Source of the DNA: a virus
Direction: 5' to 3' (one strand)
Length of the DNA stretch: 64,000 nucleotides
Virus record (IMG/VR): IMGVR_UViG_3300028821_000038
Coordinates: 98,315-162,314 of that record
The notes beneath the pieces are model-generated. The model had not been told where the DNA came from. It saw nothing but the letters and a program-made list of their open reading frames with translations, and did no database searches. The translations under genes and the position numbers were made by a program. Each line of letters starts with the position of its first letter. Positions within the stretch are counted from its first letter, which is position 1. Below are positions 28,819-38,851 of this stretch, one piece after another.

Positions 28819-30648
28819 ATGAGGAGTTTCTTTCTTTCGTCTTCGTTTAGAGTTGGAGCCTATGCAGATTTTTCCATATCATCCAGTTTCAAGATTCATA
28901 AATATGTAGATTATGGTCTAGTATCCAGCTTTAATAATGGTTCCTATTCTGATTTTAGCCTAAAATCAGAATATATGGACCTCAGCGGAGACTGGTCTCT
29001 TGCGTCTAGTATCACATATTGTATGAGGCCTGATTTTTACCTGAAATCAAGCTATAGCAATACGAAAGAGCAAAGAGATTTTTACCTATCATCATCTTTA
29101 CTGTTTTTGCCATTTAGTGATTTTTCCTATGTTGATACGGTTGTCTTTGCCGGTGTGGGGAGTATGGGGCTGAAGTCGTCATACAGAAAAAGCGCAAGAG
29201 TGGAGAATGGGATTCGTTCATACATTCAGAAGAGAGGATATGACGATTTCTCATTGAAGAGCGCTGTTGTATTCAAAGAGAAGCCAAGCACGATGGATTT
29301 TGCTCTTGAATCTCTGTATGCAGAATATCCCGCAGAAAGCCCCCCAAATATAGAGGATTTGGAGAGTTATATTTCCACCACACTTCATATTTCCTTAGAG
29401 ACTGGGGCTTATGAATTTGAGCTGATGCCATTCGTTGTTCTTGGTGTCAATACTGGAATTTATGACCTTAATCCAGTGTATGTCCCAGAGGCATTCTGTA
29501 AGGTGGTTTCATTCGGGATTCTTGCCAGCATATACAGCACAGATATAAATGTCTCTGTCGCCACATCAGCCTCTTTTAACGATGGAAGATGGGATTTGTG
29601 TGAACTTGAGGTGTCTCCTGCTGAAATGCAAGATTTCAGCTCACCAATAATGAGTTTTTCATACTCCTCAAATCTGGTTGATATTGTAGAGTATGAAGGG
29701 GATCATTTTGAGCTTCCTATCAAGATATTCTCGATTGATTCTATGGTGTGGAATGATACCTTCATCAATCCTGGTTTGCTTACAAAAAATGTGAAGTTCG
29801 TCGATGAACCATTCCCCAGGATGTTTGATTTCGTACTGGTTATCCCCGATAAGAACTATGTAGAAATATCTGGTTTTAAAGCAATGTTTAAAGTTGGGGA
29901 TATAGACAACATGTTCCTATTGGAGTCGGGCGTATCTGCATATAGTTATCCGCATGACCCATACCTAAACAAAGCCTATATAGAGGATTCTTTCTTCCCT
30001 GATGTCGCCAAGATTCCTGTACAGAATAGTGTAAAATGGCTCATTGATTCCGTGTATACCGATATCATTGATTGCGATATAACGGTGCAGTTGGCGAAGC
30101 ACACATCAGATGCTGGAAGTTTTCAAGTGGAAGATATTGTGCGTGATAAGGTAAATTTTACACCGGAGGATGCGCTATCTGTTGGTAATGATGCATATAA
30201 GCTGAAAGATAGCAAGATGACACCCATAATGGGGGATTTTGACCTTCTTTTTGTGGATGATGCATCTGGTATATCTTTGTATTCTATTCAGGTTATCACA
30301 ACTGTAGCATTAGCCCCATCGAAGGCACCAGAGGTGGTGGAGCTTTCGGATGGGATATATGGGCTTGTTACTGTTTCACTTCCTGCGGATTTTGACGATT
30401 CTATATATAGATGTGCCGAGGTGATATTGCTGGAGGCGTGTTGTATAGATTTAAATGACGCCGTATTTAGATTTGCATCGATTTCGTTTGGTATGTTGCT
30501 GGAAAATTTATATGCCGATGGAACCTTTACTCTAAAAGTAAAAAGTGATCTCAATGGGCTATATAGTGACTGGTGTCTCCTGTCGTATCTTAGCTACAAT
30601 ACAGGAGATTTTGTATCTGAAAAAATAGAATTGGAAGTTGCGGTATGA
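28819..30648 (+). CDS. structural protein with N-terminal ~14-aa DFxLxSS repeats
   Basis: SFFLSSS/DFSISSS/DYGLVSS/DFSLKSE/DWSLASS/DFYLKSS/DFYLSSS. Confidence 0.7.
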   Translation: MRSFFLSSSFRVGAYADFSISSSFKIHKYVDYGLVSSFNNGSYSDFSLKSEYMDLSGDWSLASSITYCMRPDFYLKSSYSNTKEQRDFYLSSSLLFLPFSDFSYVDTVVFAGVGSMGLKSSYRKSARVENGIRSYIQKRGYDDFSLKSAVVFKEKPSTMDFALESLYAEYPAESPPNIEDLESYISTTLHISLETGAYEFELMPFVVLGVNTGIYDLNPVYVPEAFCKVVSFGILASIYSTDINVSVATSASFNDGRWDLCELEVSPAEMQDFSSPIMSFSYSSNLVDIVEYEGDHFELPIKIFSIDSMVWNDTFINPGLLTKNVKFVDEPFPRMFDFVLVIPDKNYVEISGFKAMFKVGDIDNMFLLESGVSAYSYPHDPYLNKAYIEDSFFPDVAKIPVQNSVKWLIDSVYTDIIDCDITVQLAKHTSDAGSFQVEDIVRDKVNFTPEDALSVGNDAYKLKDSKMTPIMGDFDLLFVDDASGISLYSIQVITTVALAPSKAPEVVELSDGIYGLVTVSLPADFDDSIYRCAEVILLEACCIDLNDAVFRFASISFGMLLENLYADGTFTLKVKSDLNGLYSDWCLLSYLSYNTGDFVSEKIELEVAV

Positions 30649-33600
30649 CTTTTACAGATCTACAGCCCATATATTCGACCGGCCAGGAATTTACGCTAAA
30701 AGTATATAGTGTATATGGCTTGTTGTCTGTTTTTTCCGAGGTGTCTGTAAATAAGTTCAATAATGTGCAGGGTATATCTAGTGGAGATATCTTTTTCTCT
30801 ATAGAGGCATTTGAGACAACCCGAGGTCGATTAATGAGTCTCAATGATTCCTCTTATGATTTTATAGAGATAGAGACTGTCAGTTATGCTGAAAATATGA
30901 CGCTTAGTGATTATGTATCCCCGGTATACCTTGTAAATTACAAAGAGAGCACAAGATACACTATATTTAATACCGATTCAAAGACCATCTTCTCTTTAGA
31001 TAGGGTGCTTTTTTATAGTAAAAAGGTGAAGATATCGCCCACAGGCTATACTATAGCTACTATTTTCAGGTTCTCGAAAAAGAAGCTAATCGATACAGTA
31101 TTCCCCCATATCTTACATAAGGCTGTAAAAGCTAAAAAGGTATTTCTTAGTCAGTTGTTTTATGTCGGAGTTCCATATGTTAGGAAAGTGTATTTAGAGC
31201 CATCATATACCCATATAAACCCATACATTAAGAAGCAACAGACATCCCATAATTTCATAGATGTGATTTCTCTTCCATTGATTGAGATGTCCAGTACCGC
31301 ATGGCTGTCAAAGTGTGTTGTTACCGATGAGGAGTCCTTGTTTATTAGGGAGCCTGTGGGGTGTACCAGTTGTGACTTGGATTCTGTCATATTTCCATTG
31401 GTGTCGTTTGATTATGAGTTGTCTGGCGACAGCTTATATGAATTTGCAGAGTTTAAGGTTGGGGGCGAGAACCTGTCGGATGCACTATATTATTTTACAT
31501 TCAAGACAGACCCTATATCCTTGGATGACTATATATCGGAAGAGGTAGTTGTTGTACCGATTGTATACGGAAATCCATACTACACCATAGTGGAATTACG
31601 GGATTATTATGGCCCAGAAGGAATATATGATTTTGGGTATATCAATGGAGGCGAGCACTCCTCTCTCTTGGATTCCATATATGAGCTCGCTACTTTTATA
31701 GACCATAAAGATATTGGGCCGGTATACAGTATAAACGTCTCGATGTATGTTTCGGAGGCTAAATATAGCGAGTTAAAAGGAATGACAGTTCCATTATTAG
31801 AGCTTCATGGCGATTTTGAGGGGATTAAACCTATATCTCTGAAGACTCTATACTCACCAAATGCTATTTTTGATTATAGGCAATATCCATACAAAAGAAC
31901 AGACGGTTTGTATCGCGATATTTTCGTTGATAAACCGGATTTTGTGGTACACCCTGCTACCCCATGGATAAACAATGAAACCGGACTCAGGAAAATAGGC
32001 GATACCAAATATGAGGGATATATCTCTTTCGATTCTGGTATTAGAGTAGTGCAGGTAGAACCCACAAAATATACAGTAATTCTGATGGATTGGGAGCCGG
32101 CGTTCATTATGCCTACCCCGTATTCACTAGACAGGAAGCATTATCCTATACTATGGCTTAAAAATTTATTGACTGACGATTTTATGATTATAGCGCTGGG
32201 AACATATGATGCAAACTTCGTACATGTCCATTTTGGCGACTATATGGATGGATATTCCGAGAAATACAGATTCAATGTAGAAGGCGAGGAATTGATAGAG
32301 GCGGCCAAATATAGTGGAGTCCATGCCATTATAGATAGCCGCAAATTAGAGCGCGCAATAAACTACACAACATCCAATAGATACCTCAAAGCCGCCAAGA
32401 TAATGTATGATGTTCGAAACGGCCTTATCTATAGCGATAGTGTTATTAAAGATGCGATGAGATATCTGCGCTCCATGGGGGAATACCTAACGGCCTTTTA
32501 TTATATTGATGAAAATGGAAACCGGATATATGCTAACGCCAATCCGTTGATTCTAAGGAGAATTATAGATAACAAAACCGCGGCACTCGATGGAAGAGAT
32601 GTGTTTTCGCCACCAACATTATACACAGCAACAGCTTTTGGCGAGACGGTGGAATTTTACTATCAGGAGCTAAGTGATATTCCGTATGGCGGAGTAAGAG
32701 AAGACTATGTGACCGATATTTCTTTCTGCAAGTTAGCTCCATCAATGTACCTAATGTCTAATGTCGTTCATGGTGTATCTGTTTCAGACTCTAAATATAC
32801 TAAGGTGTTGACTTTGTGCAATATGCACAATATGTGTGGCGCAAAACACCTTATAGGGAATCAGTACGATGGTATATTGAGTGTTGCCACAATGAGCATT
32901 TCCCGCCCACTTGAAATATCAGAGAGAAGTCCTGTGGTATGCCATGATTGCACTGGTGTATATCGCCCCACGGAGCCATATACTCTTGAATATATTGAGG
33001 AGTATATTTCGACAGCAGGATTTGAAGTAGAGATACAAAACTACGACTTGAATAGCGTGTATCTCGATGGAACTATCACGGTAAGCACTGGAGCTTATCT
33101 CTCAGATGTATATGTTAACGGAATGATGTATATAGGGCTCAAGAATCTGGAGGATTCCATATATAACCTTGCGCCGATAGTTGTAGCTATGCCAGATAAA
33201 ATTCTGAGTGACACATACAGCTCTTTCAATATACACCTCCATTTGAATCTAAAGAGAGATATGGTTGGCGGATATTATTCTGTTATGTTGCCTGCTGGAG
33301 TAGATATCGGCTTTATGAATATGGCCGACATAAAGACTGAGTATGAAGTTATATGGATGAAGATGTTCTTCCCTGCCATCTACGATAAAGCCGACATAAC
33401 CGAGCCTATCTACAGTGTTCATATTACAGAACAAGACTTCTCTGTCCAAATGGTGATGCCATATAGCTATGTGGATGAACATATTACGACGGAGGCGATG
33501 CCAGCGAAGAGTTCTACGCCAATGATAAAAGAAAAGAAAGCAGGAAAAGATGGTGCTGGTGGCGGAGATAGGGTAGTTAAGAAGCCAGAAGACAAGGTAT

Positions 33601-34112
33601 GCGGACCAGAAAGGACGATGACATACCTTGATTATGTTGGTTTTGATTATATGTTCGCGGATAATCTAAATAGACTATATGGAATGTATCCAAAATCAGC
33701 AAAGGAGATATTATTCTCTGGGGTGGCTCAAGTTGCAACAAACACTTCTTTCTCGAAAGGAAGATTGCTGTCAGAATCAGATCTCCTGAAGAGAAGCATT
33801 GTGGATTCGACGATATACTATATAGACAACCTTGGAGACGCTGTGGATTGGAAAATAGAAGAGTTTTCTCTTGATATATCTGATTTTGAGGGGATGGCTC
33901 TATCGGCAGAAGATTATGATGCAATAGATTCTGTTTTCCGAGACTCGATGAAGTTTGTCTTGAATACGATGGGAGAAGAAGGACTACAAAAAGAGATAAC
34001 CGAAGAGGTCAATATGTTCCCTCAGTATCCAGATCGTCCAATCCCAGACAATTCACTATCCACTACAGTTAAGGTACACCAATTCTTCATAGTGGAGGAA
34101 GAAAATGTATAA
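30645..34112 (+). CDS. large putative tail protein (1155 aa)
   Basis: Longest ORF, ATGA coupling, beta-rich composition. Confidence 0.7.
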   Translation: MTFTDLQPIYSTGQEFTLKVYSVYGLLSVFSEVSVNKFNNVQGISSGDIFFSIEAFETTRGRLMSLNDSSYDFIEIETVSYAENMTLSDYVSPVYLVNYKESTRYTIFNTDSKTIFSLDRVLFYSKKVKISPTGYTIATIFRFSKKKLIDTVFPHILHKAVKAKKVFLSQLFYVGVPYVRKVYLEPSYTHINPYIKKQQTSHNFIDVISLPLIEMSSTAWLSKCVVTDEESLFIREPVGCTSCDLDSVIFPLVSFDYELSGDSLYEFAEFKVGGENLSDALYYFTFKTDPISLDDYISEEVVVVPIVYGNPYYTIVELRDYYGPEGIYDFGYINGGEHSSLLDSIYELATFIDHKDIGPVYSINVSMYVSEAKYSELKGMTVPLLELHGDFEGIKPISLKTLYSPNAIFDYRQYPYKRTDGLYRDIFVDKPDFVVHPATPWINNETGLRKIGDTKYEGYISFDSGIRVVQVEPTKYTVILMDWEPAFIMPTPYSLDRKHYPILWLKNLLTDDFMIIALGTYDANFVHVHFGDYMDGYSEKYRFNVEGEELIEAAKYSGVHAIIDSRKLERAINYTTSNRYLKAAKIMYDVRNGLIYSDSVIKDAMRYLRSMGEYLTAFYYIDENGNRIYANANPLILRRIIDNKTAALDGRDVFSPPTLYTATAFGETVEFYYQELSDIPYGGVREDYVTDISFCKLAPSMYLMSNVVHGVSVSDSKYTKVLTLCNMHNMCGAKHLIGNQYDGILSVATMSISRPLEISERSPVVCHDCTGVYRPTEPYTLEYIEEYISTAGFEVEIQNYDLNSVYLDGTITVSTGAYLSDVYVNGMMYIGLKNLEDSIYNLAPIVVAMPDKILSDTYSSFNIHLHLNLKRDMVGGYYSVMLPAGVDIGFMNMADIKTEYEVIWMKMFFPAIYDKADITEPIYSVHITEQDFSVQMVMPYSYVDEHITTEAMPAKSSTPMIKEKKAGKDGAGGGDRVVKKPEDKVCGPERTMTYLDYVGFDYMFADNLNRLYGMYPKSAKEILFSGVAQVATNTSFSKGRLLSESDLLKRSIVDSTIYYIDNLGDAVDWKIEEFSLDISDFEGMALSAEDYDAIDSVFRDSMKFVLNTMGEEGLQKEITEEVNMFPQYPDRPIPDNSLSTTVKVHQFFIVEEENV

Positions 34113-34902
34113 GATAAAGGGTGGTAAGCTCAAGATATTTTCGAAGTATATCGAGATACAGCCGGGGCAACATACTGTATATGTCGATATGGACAGTGGT
34201 AGTGTTTCGTATACAGGCGAAGATGGATATGTTCCTGTGGTCGAATATCGTCTCGATGAGTTCGATGGCACTTTTGAAATAGTTAATGACTATGTAGGAG
34301 AACTTGGGGAGCAGGGCGTCCGCCCTCCTACAGAGGGGCTTACCTGGATGGATGGCAGGTTGATATCTAAGGGACCACTTAGTGATGGAAATACAAATAT
34401 CGCAGATGTAAATGTCGCGCTGGATGGGTTTGCTTTTGCTTTCAATTACACCTCTATTGCTCACACTGCACAAGCATTAAAGCCGTACAGGTGGACGGGA
34501 GGGCGAGTATGCTCTTCTCATGGGATGTTTGACCCAGGCGCATCGAATACATCGTACACCGCGATGCCCGGCGCTGGCTCTTGCGGTAGGGGGTTTGCTG
34601 ATACTTATGGAAGCGGAGTTGGTCAAATGGCAGATACAGCTGCTCTGCTTGGAGCGCCTATTTCTGGTGCTAATTCTGCCGCGAGGGCGTCGGACTGGGA
34701 ATATGTAGGGAATAACTTTAGTATAGTGTTCTCTTATAGGACTTTTAGAAAATATGTGAGCTTCGCTAAGGGAATGGCTGGTGTCTTTGAATGCTCATTG
34801 GGGCCTTTTGGCGGGAAAGAGTCTGATGCCGAGCCAGATGGAGATGTTGGTAATATTAGATTAAAATCGTTTCAAATGTCTATGTACAATTTGTCGCAAT
34901 AA
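34105..34902 (+). CDS. putative virion protein
   Basis: GGAGG RBS; Gly-rich. Confidence 0.65.
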   Translation: MYKIKGGKLKIFSKYIEIQPGQHTVYVDMDSGSVSYTGEDGYVPVVEYRLDEFDGTFEIVNDYVGELGEQGVRPPTEGLTWMDGRLISKGPLSDGNTNIADVNVALDGFAFAFNYTSIAHTAQALKPYRWTGGRVCSSHGMFDPGASNTSYTAMPGAGSCGRGFADTYGSGVGQMADTAALLGAPISGANSAARASDWEYVGNNFSIVFSYRTFRKYVSFAKGMAGVFECSLGPFGGKESDAEPDGDVGNIRLKSFQMSMYNLSQ

Positions 34903-34913
34903 CGGGAGTTGGT

Positions 34914-36173
34914 ATGTCGATTTCAGATAGAGTCAATCATGATGTTAGGTTTTTTCATGACATTTGGGAGGCAGAGGAATACGATACGGCTAGTGTTAAA
35001 ATACCACATGAATATAACCCAAGGGATAACTATGTAGTGGTAGAGTTCAAGATGCCGTCCATAAAAAGGCAGATACCACAAAGATCCTTTGATGCTATTG
35101 TAGATCAGATGTTTAATATTGGAATGCATCAGTTGAATTATAAAAAAGTAGACAATTCTGAATTTCACACCATGCTAAAGAAGGAGGGGTGGGGTAACAT
35201 TACTAAAATCAGGCGTAGATTTGGAGATGATGTCTATACTTTCTATATCTCTGAAAAGAGGAAGATGAGGGGTTTTGTCGAGGATTATTATATGGCTATA
35301 ATGGTATTTCTTGGGTATCCCCAAAGAGATTATATGCGTCGGGCACCATGCTACAACATTGATCCAAAATGTATTAAGTGTTACGATTTTCTCGCAAGCC
35401 CCGTACTTGATTGGCTGGATGACCCAGAGCCCTATAAAACCACCCTGTATAAATACTTCTTTACACTGCCCGGGGAATTACAGCGTCTATGTATTGCGTA
35501 CTCTAGGGAGATAGCCCGAACACCGGGGACATGCTTTTTGCCGGAGGAACCAGATTACTATATCGTAGATGAGAGTATGAAGTATTTTAATGGTGGCACA
35601 GACAATATTGAAAAGTGGAAAAATATGGTTTTATCAGAAAGGCGGCTTGAAGATAGGATAATGTACCACCTTGAGGTGGGGCCTCCAGATAGGGTTGATT
35701 ATGGAGATGGACCTTCTTTGCCGCCAGATGGAGAGGAGGGTACCGTCAGGAAGCAGTCATTTAGGGGATATGGTTCTCCAGTGATGCTAACTAGATATAA
35801 TTATCGTACTAGTGATACGGTTCCAGATGTGCTTTTGGATGCAATAAGTAGAAATGACTTTGACGCACTTTGGTATGCAGATATGAGGTCATTCAATGCA
35901 AGAAACTCGATAAGTAAGTATTTGTTTAACCATTGGCAGGATGTATGTATGGTCGCAGACGATGGGTGGGTGTGTGGTTGGAATATGGACCAAACTATCG
36001 GCGTTGCATCGGATTTGAGCGGGTATTCAGAGGAGCAGGCTATTCAACTTGCTACTGCATACGGATACGAGACAAGCAGTGGTAGCACCGACAGGATATA
36101 CACTTTGCAGCAAGACAAAATTCAGGGCTATGAATATGAGGAATATGTTGAAAAATATATTAAGCCCGCGTAA
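34914..36173 (+). CDS. putative virion protein
   Basis: N-terminal DVRFFHD resembles the shared module. Confidence 0.65.
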   Translation: MSISDRVNHDVRFFHDIWEAEEYDTASVKIPHEYNPRDNYVVVEFKMPSIKRQIPQRSFDAIVDQMFNIGMHQLNYKKVDNSEFHTMLKKEGWGNITKIRRRFGDDVYTFYISEKRKMRGFVEDYYMAIMVFLGYPQRDYMRRAPCYNIDPKCIKCYDFLASPVLDWLDDPEPYKTTLYKYFFTLPGELQRLCIAYSREIARTPGTCFLPEEPDYYIVDESMKYFNGGTDNIEKWKNMVLSERRLEDRIMYHLEVGPPDRVDYGDGPSLPPDGEEGTVRKQSFRGYGSPVMLTRYNYRTSDTVPDVLLDAISRNDFDALWYADMRSFNARNSISKYLFNHWQDVCMVADDGWVCGWNMDQTIGVASDLSGYSEEQAIQLATAYGYETSSGSTDRIYTLQQDKIQGYEYEEYVEKYIKPA

Positions 36174-36215
36174 AAATAGATACAATATACTATAAAAACC
36201 CAATAGGAGACTGGT

Positions 36216-37256
36216 ATGATTGATATACAAAACGATTCAAATTTTGCATTCCTGAATATGGCATATGGAGGCGAGATGCCAATAGAGCTGGAGAAGGTTG
36301 CAATGGAAGCCTCTCAAGGCTATGATTTAGATAGATATGTTGATGGTGCATTTGCAGACCAGGAAAATAGAAAATTCCCTATATTCACTCCTGAAATGGC
36401 GGTGCTTAGCGCAGCATATATGCAGCATCAGGATATAGATCCTCTTGTGAAAGAGGCTTGCGAGAGAGCTTTACAGGATTGGGGTATAGAAGGTATATCT
36501 TTGGATAAACAGGAGAGAGAAGAACAATACCTGGAACTTCCCAAGGAGGCCTTTCTATTGAAAGAGGCTCAAAAATTCCCGGTGATAGACAGAGACACTC
36601 TTGAAAAATCAGCATATGCAGTCAAGTCTTCACTGGGACAAATGGACATTCCGCAAAGAGTAGAAGCTTGTACGAATCTTTACAAGAAAGCTGTTTATGA
36701 ATACGATGTTGATCCAACCGAGCTGGGAGAGGATATCGTTAGCTATGCACAGGAGGCTCCATGTAGCCTAGTGAAGCTTGCTATGTCCATCAATGAGAGA
36801 TACGCAGAAACAGGCGAGCAGGGGTATCAAGATTACCTCGAAAAATTAAGTGCTTATGCTACGCAACACAAGGATGAATCATATATCTTTGATAAGTCGC
36901 TAATGTCTGGTATGGCCGTCGAACTATATTACCTAGACAAAGAGGCTGGCATACAGGGTGAGTTTGATGCAATTAGAGATGTATTTAACTCACCATTCTA
37001 TGTGAATGAAAACGGGGAGCTTGAAAAGGCCGCCACAGTAAGTAGTGTGGTGATTGGGGATTATTATATCCCAGAGCAAGCTCTTGAGAAAGTGGCACGA
37101 GAAGAGTTTGCGGAAGCATTCCCAGGGCTTGATGAAGAAGTGTATGTAGGAGACGATCTTGACCCAGATAAGCTGGTACAGGTAGTGGACGAAGTTTTGA
37201 TTATCCCGGAGTCTAAAAATCAAGTAGGGGAGTTTTTGAATCAGTATGTTAACTAA
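36216..37256 (+). CDS. acidic multi-KxA protein, putative scaffold/head-assembly protein
   Basis: LEKVA, LEKSA, LVKLA, LEKLS, LDKEA, LEKAA, LEKVA; internal repeat AFAD..RKFPI / AFLL..QKFPV. Confidence 0.7.
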   Translation: MIDIQNDSNFAFLNMAYGGEMPIELEKVAMEASQGYDLDRYVDGAFADQENRKFPIFTPEMAVLSAAYMQHQDIDPLVKEACERALQDWGIEGISLDKQEREEQYLELPKEAFLLKEAQKFPVIDRDTLEKSAYAVKSSLGQMDIPQRVEACTNLYKKAVYEYDVDPTELGEDIVSYAQEAPCSLVKLAMSINERYAETGEQGYQDYLEKLSAYATQHKDESYIFDKSLMSGMAVELYYLDKEAGIQGEFDAIRDVFNSPFYVNENGELEKAATVSSVVIGDYYIPEQALEKVAREEFAEAFPGLDEEVYVGDDLDPDKLVQVVDEVLIIPESKNQVGEFLNQYVN

Positions 37257-38202
37257 GGCGACATATAGTTCTCCCGATATAGAGGTTTCTCAAGCAGGAA
37301 ACCTCTCATGCATTATAAATGTTGATTTTGGGGAGGCTTTACAAAAATACGGCTCTATGGCAATGTTTTTTGTATCGGTAGATGACCATATTATTGATAC
37401 AGAATACCGTGAGTTGGCTGCAGAGTTTTCTTTAGATGCCGAATATGTGTTCAATAATGAGGATGTGCAAAATGTGCACTATCTGAAATATGTAAATTTT
37501 GTACCGTGCATAGAGGAGTTTGGATGTCGAAATATAGAGCATGAGCCTGATCCTTTTGGGGATGAGAGTGGCTTATTGCTGATTACCGGCAACAATACAT
37601 GCGAAGATGCCTGCAAAAATTATACTGTACATGAATACATAGAAGGGTATGCCGACGGTATATATAATCAGGCGATAGATTTAGGAAGTGTCAAGAATAC
37701 AAATCGATACCTCAAGATATACAATCTTGAATTGTTTGAGGGGATGACTTTTTCTATGTGGTTCAATTTGCCTGATGGGGCATCTAGTGATGTTGAGTAT
37801 TTTACATTCTTTTCACTAGCTGATTACTTTAAGGTGAAACATCTTGCGCTTCAGTATATTCCGTCTAGTGAAATGATTCGTATTTTTGTAAACGGGACAG
37901 CATATAGCGGAAAGGTAGGGAGTATTCCAGAGGGGGAGTGGCATTTTATCTCCCTTGTTATAGATAACACAGTGGCAACAGTATTCATAAATAACTCCAG
38001 GTTCGAGATTCCCATAAAGCAGATGTCATTGAATTACTCCAAAAACAATGTATTTATTGTGGCACAGGAACAGGATAGGGTTGGTGGATATTTCGATGAA
38101 AACCAATGTTTGTTTGGCAAAATAGACCAGATTAGAATATTTAAAAAGCCCTTAAGTTGTGATAGAATTGCAATGATTAGGGAAGAGAAAATAAAATATT
38201 AG
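37246..38202 (+). CDS. LamG-domain protein
   Basis: PDPFGDES; TFSMWFN; WHFISLV; GKIDQIRIFKKPLS. Confidence 0.75.
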   Translation: MLTKATYSSPDIEVSQAGNLSCIINVDFGEALQKYGSMAMFFVSVDDHIIDTEYRELAAEFSLDAEYVFNNEDVQNVHYLKYVNFVPCIEEFGCRNIEHEPDPFGDESGLLLITGNNTCEDACKNYTVHEYIEGYADGIYNQAIDLGSVKNTNRYLKIYNLELFEGMTFSMWFNLPDGASSDVEYFTFFSLADYFKVKHLALQYIPSSEMIRIFVNGTAYSGKVGSIPEGEWHFISLVIDNTVATVFINNSRFEIPIKQMSLNYSKNNVFIVAQEQDRVGGYFDENQCLFGKIDQIRIFKKPLSCDRIAMIREEKIKY

Positions 38203-38205
38203 AGG

Positions 38206-38234
38206 TTGACAACAAGTAGCAAATTTGTTATACT
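38206..38234 (+). promoter_or_regulatory. IS607 left-end promoter
   Basis: TTGACA-17 bp-TATACT with extended TG. Confidence 0.75.
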
Positions 38235-38263
38235 TCTTTAACAAATGTTAATAGGAGTAACAA

Positions 38264-38851
38264 ATGTACGTACCTTCCAGGGTGGCGGCCCGTCGCCTGG
38301 GAGTGCATCCAAATACTTTAAGGAGGTGGGCAGATGAAGGCAAGATCGAAGCAATCAGAACAGAATCCGGCCAGCGTCGCTATGATGTGGACGCCTACCT
38401 CGGGAAGCACTCCCGCCTCCGCACTGTCTGCTATTGCCGCGTCAGTAGTTATAAGCAAAAAGACGACCTCGAACGGCAGGTCGAGTTCATGCGAAAGCGA
38501 TACCCCGAAGCGGAAATTGTCAAGGACGTCGCCTCGGGGCTCAACTTCCGCCGCAAAGGGCTTAAAGCCATATTGGAATCCGCGCTTGGGGGAGATCGCA
38601 TCGAGCTTGTGGTTGCCCACCGAGACCGACTTGCACGCTTCGGCTTCGACCTTATTGAATGGATTATCGAACGCAGCGGTGGCCGGGTCGTGGTTCTGGA
38701 CAAGACTGAGCTTTCCCCGGAACAGGAACTCACAAAAGACCTGCTCAGTATCCTACACGTCTTCTCTGCCCGGCTACACGGACTTAGAAGTTACAAAGAC
38801 CAGGTTAAACAGGCTCTATCCGACAAAGGAGCAACGAAAGATTCTGCTTGA
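38264..38851 (+). CDS. tnpA: IS607 transposase (MerR-like HTH plus serine recombinase)
   Basis: AARRLGVHPNTLRRW HTH; YCRVSS.KQKDDLERQ catalytic motif; DRLARFG. Confidence 0.95.
   Translation: MYVPSRVAARRLGVHPNTLRRWADEGKIEAIRTESGQRRYDVDAYLGKHSRLRTVCYCRVSSYKQKDDLERQVEFMRKRYPEAEIVKDVASGLNFRRKGLKAILESALGGDRIELVVAHRDRLARFGFDLIEWIIERSGGRVVVLDKTELSPEQELTKDLLSILHVFSARLHGLRSYKDQVKQALSDKGATKDSA

Noticed and set aside
7346-38202. Diversity-generating retroelement acting on adhesin genes
   Set aside because: No reverse transcriptase and no adenine-variant TR/VR repeat pair noticed
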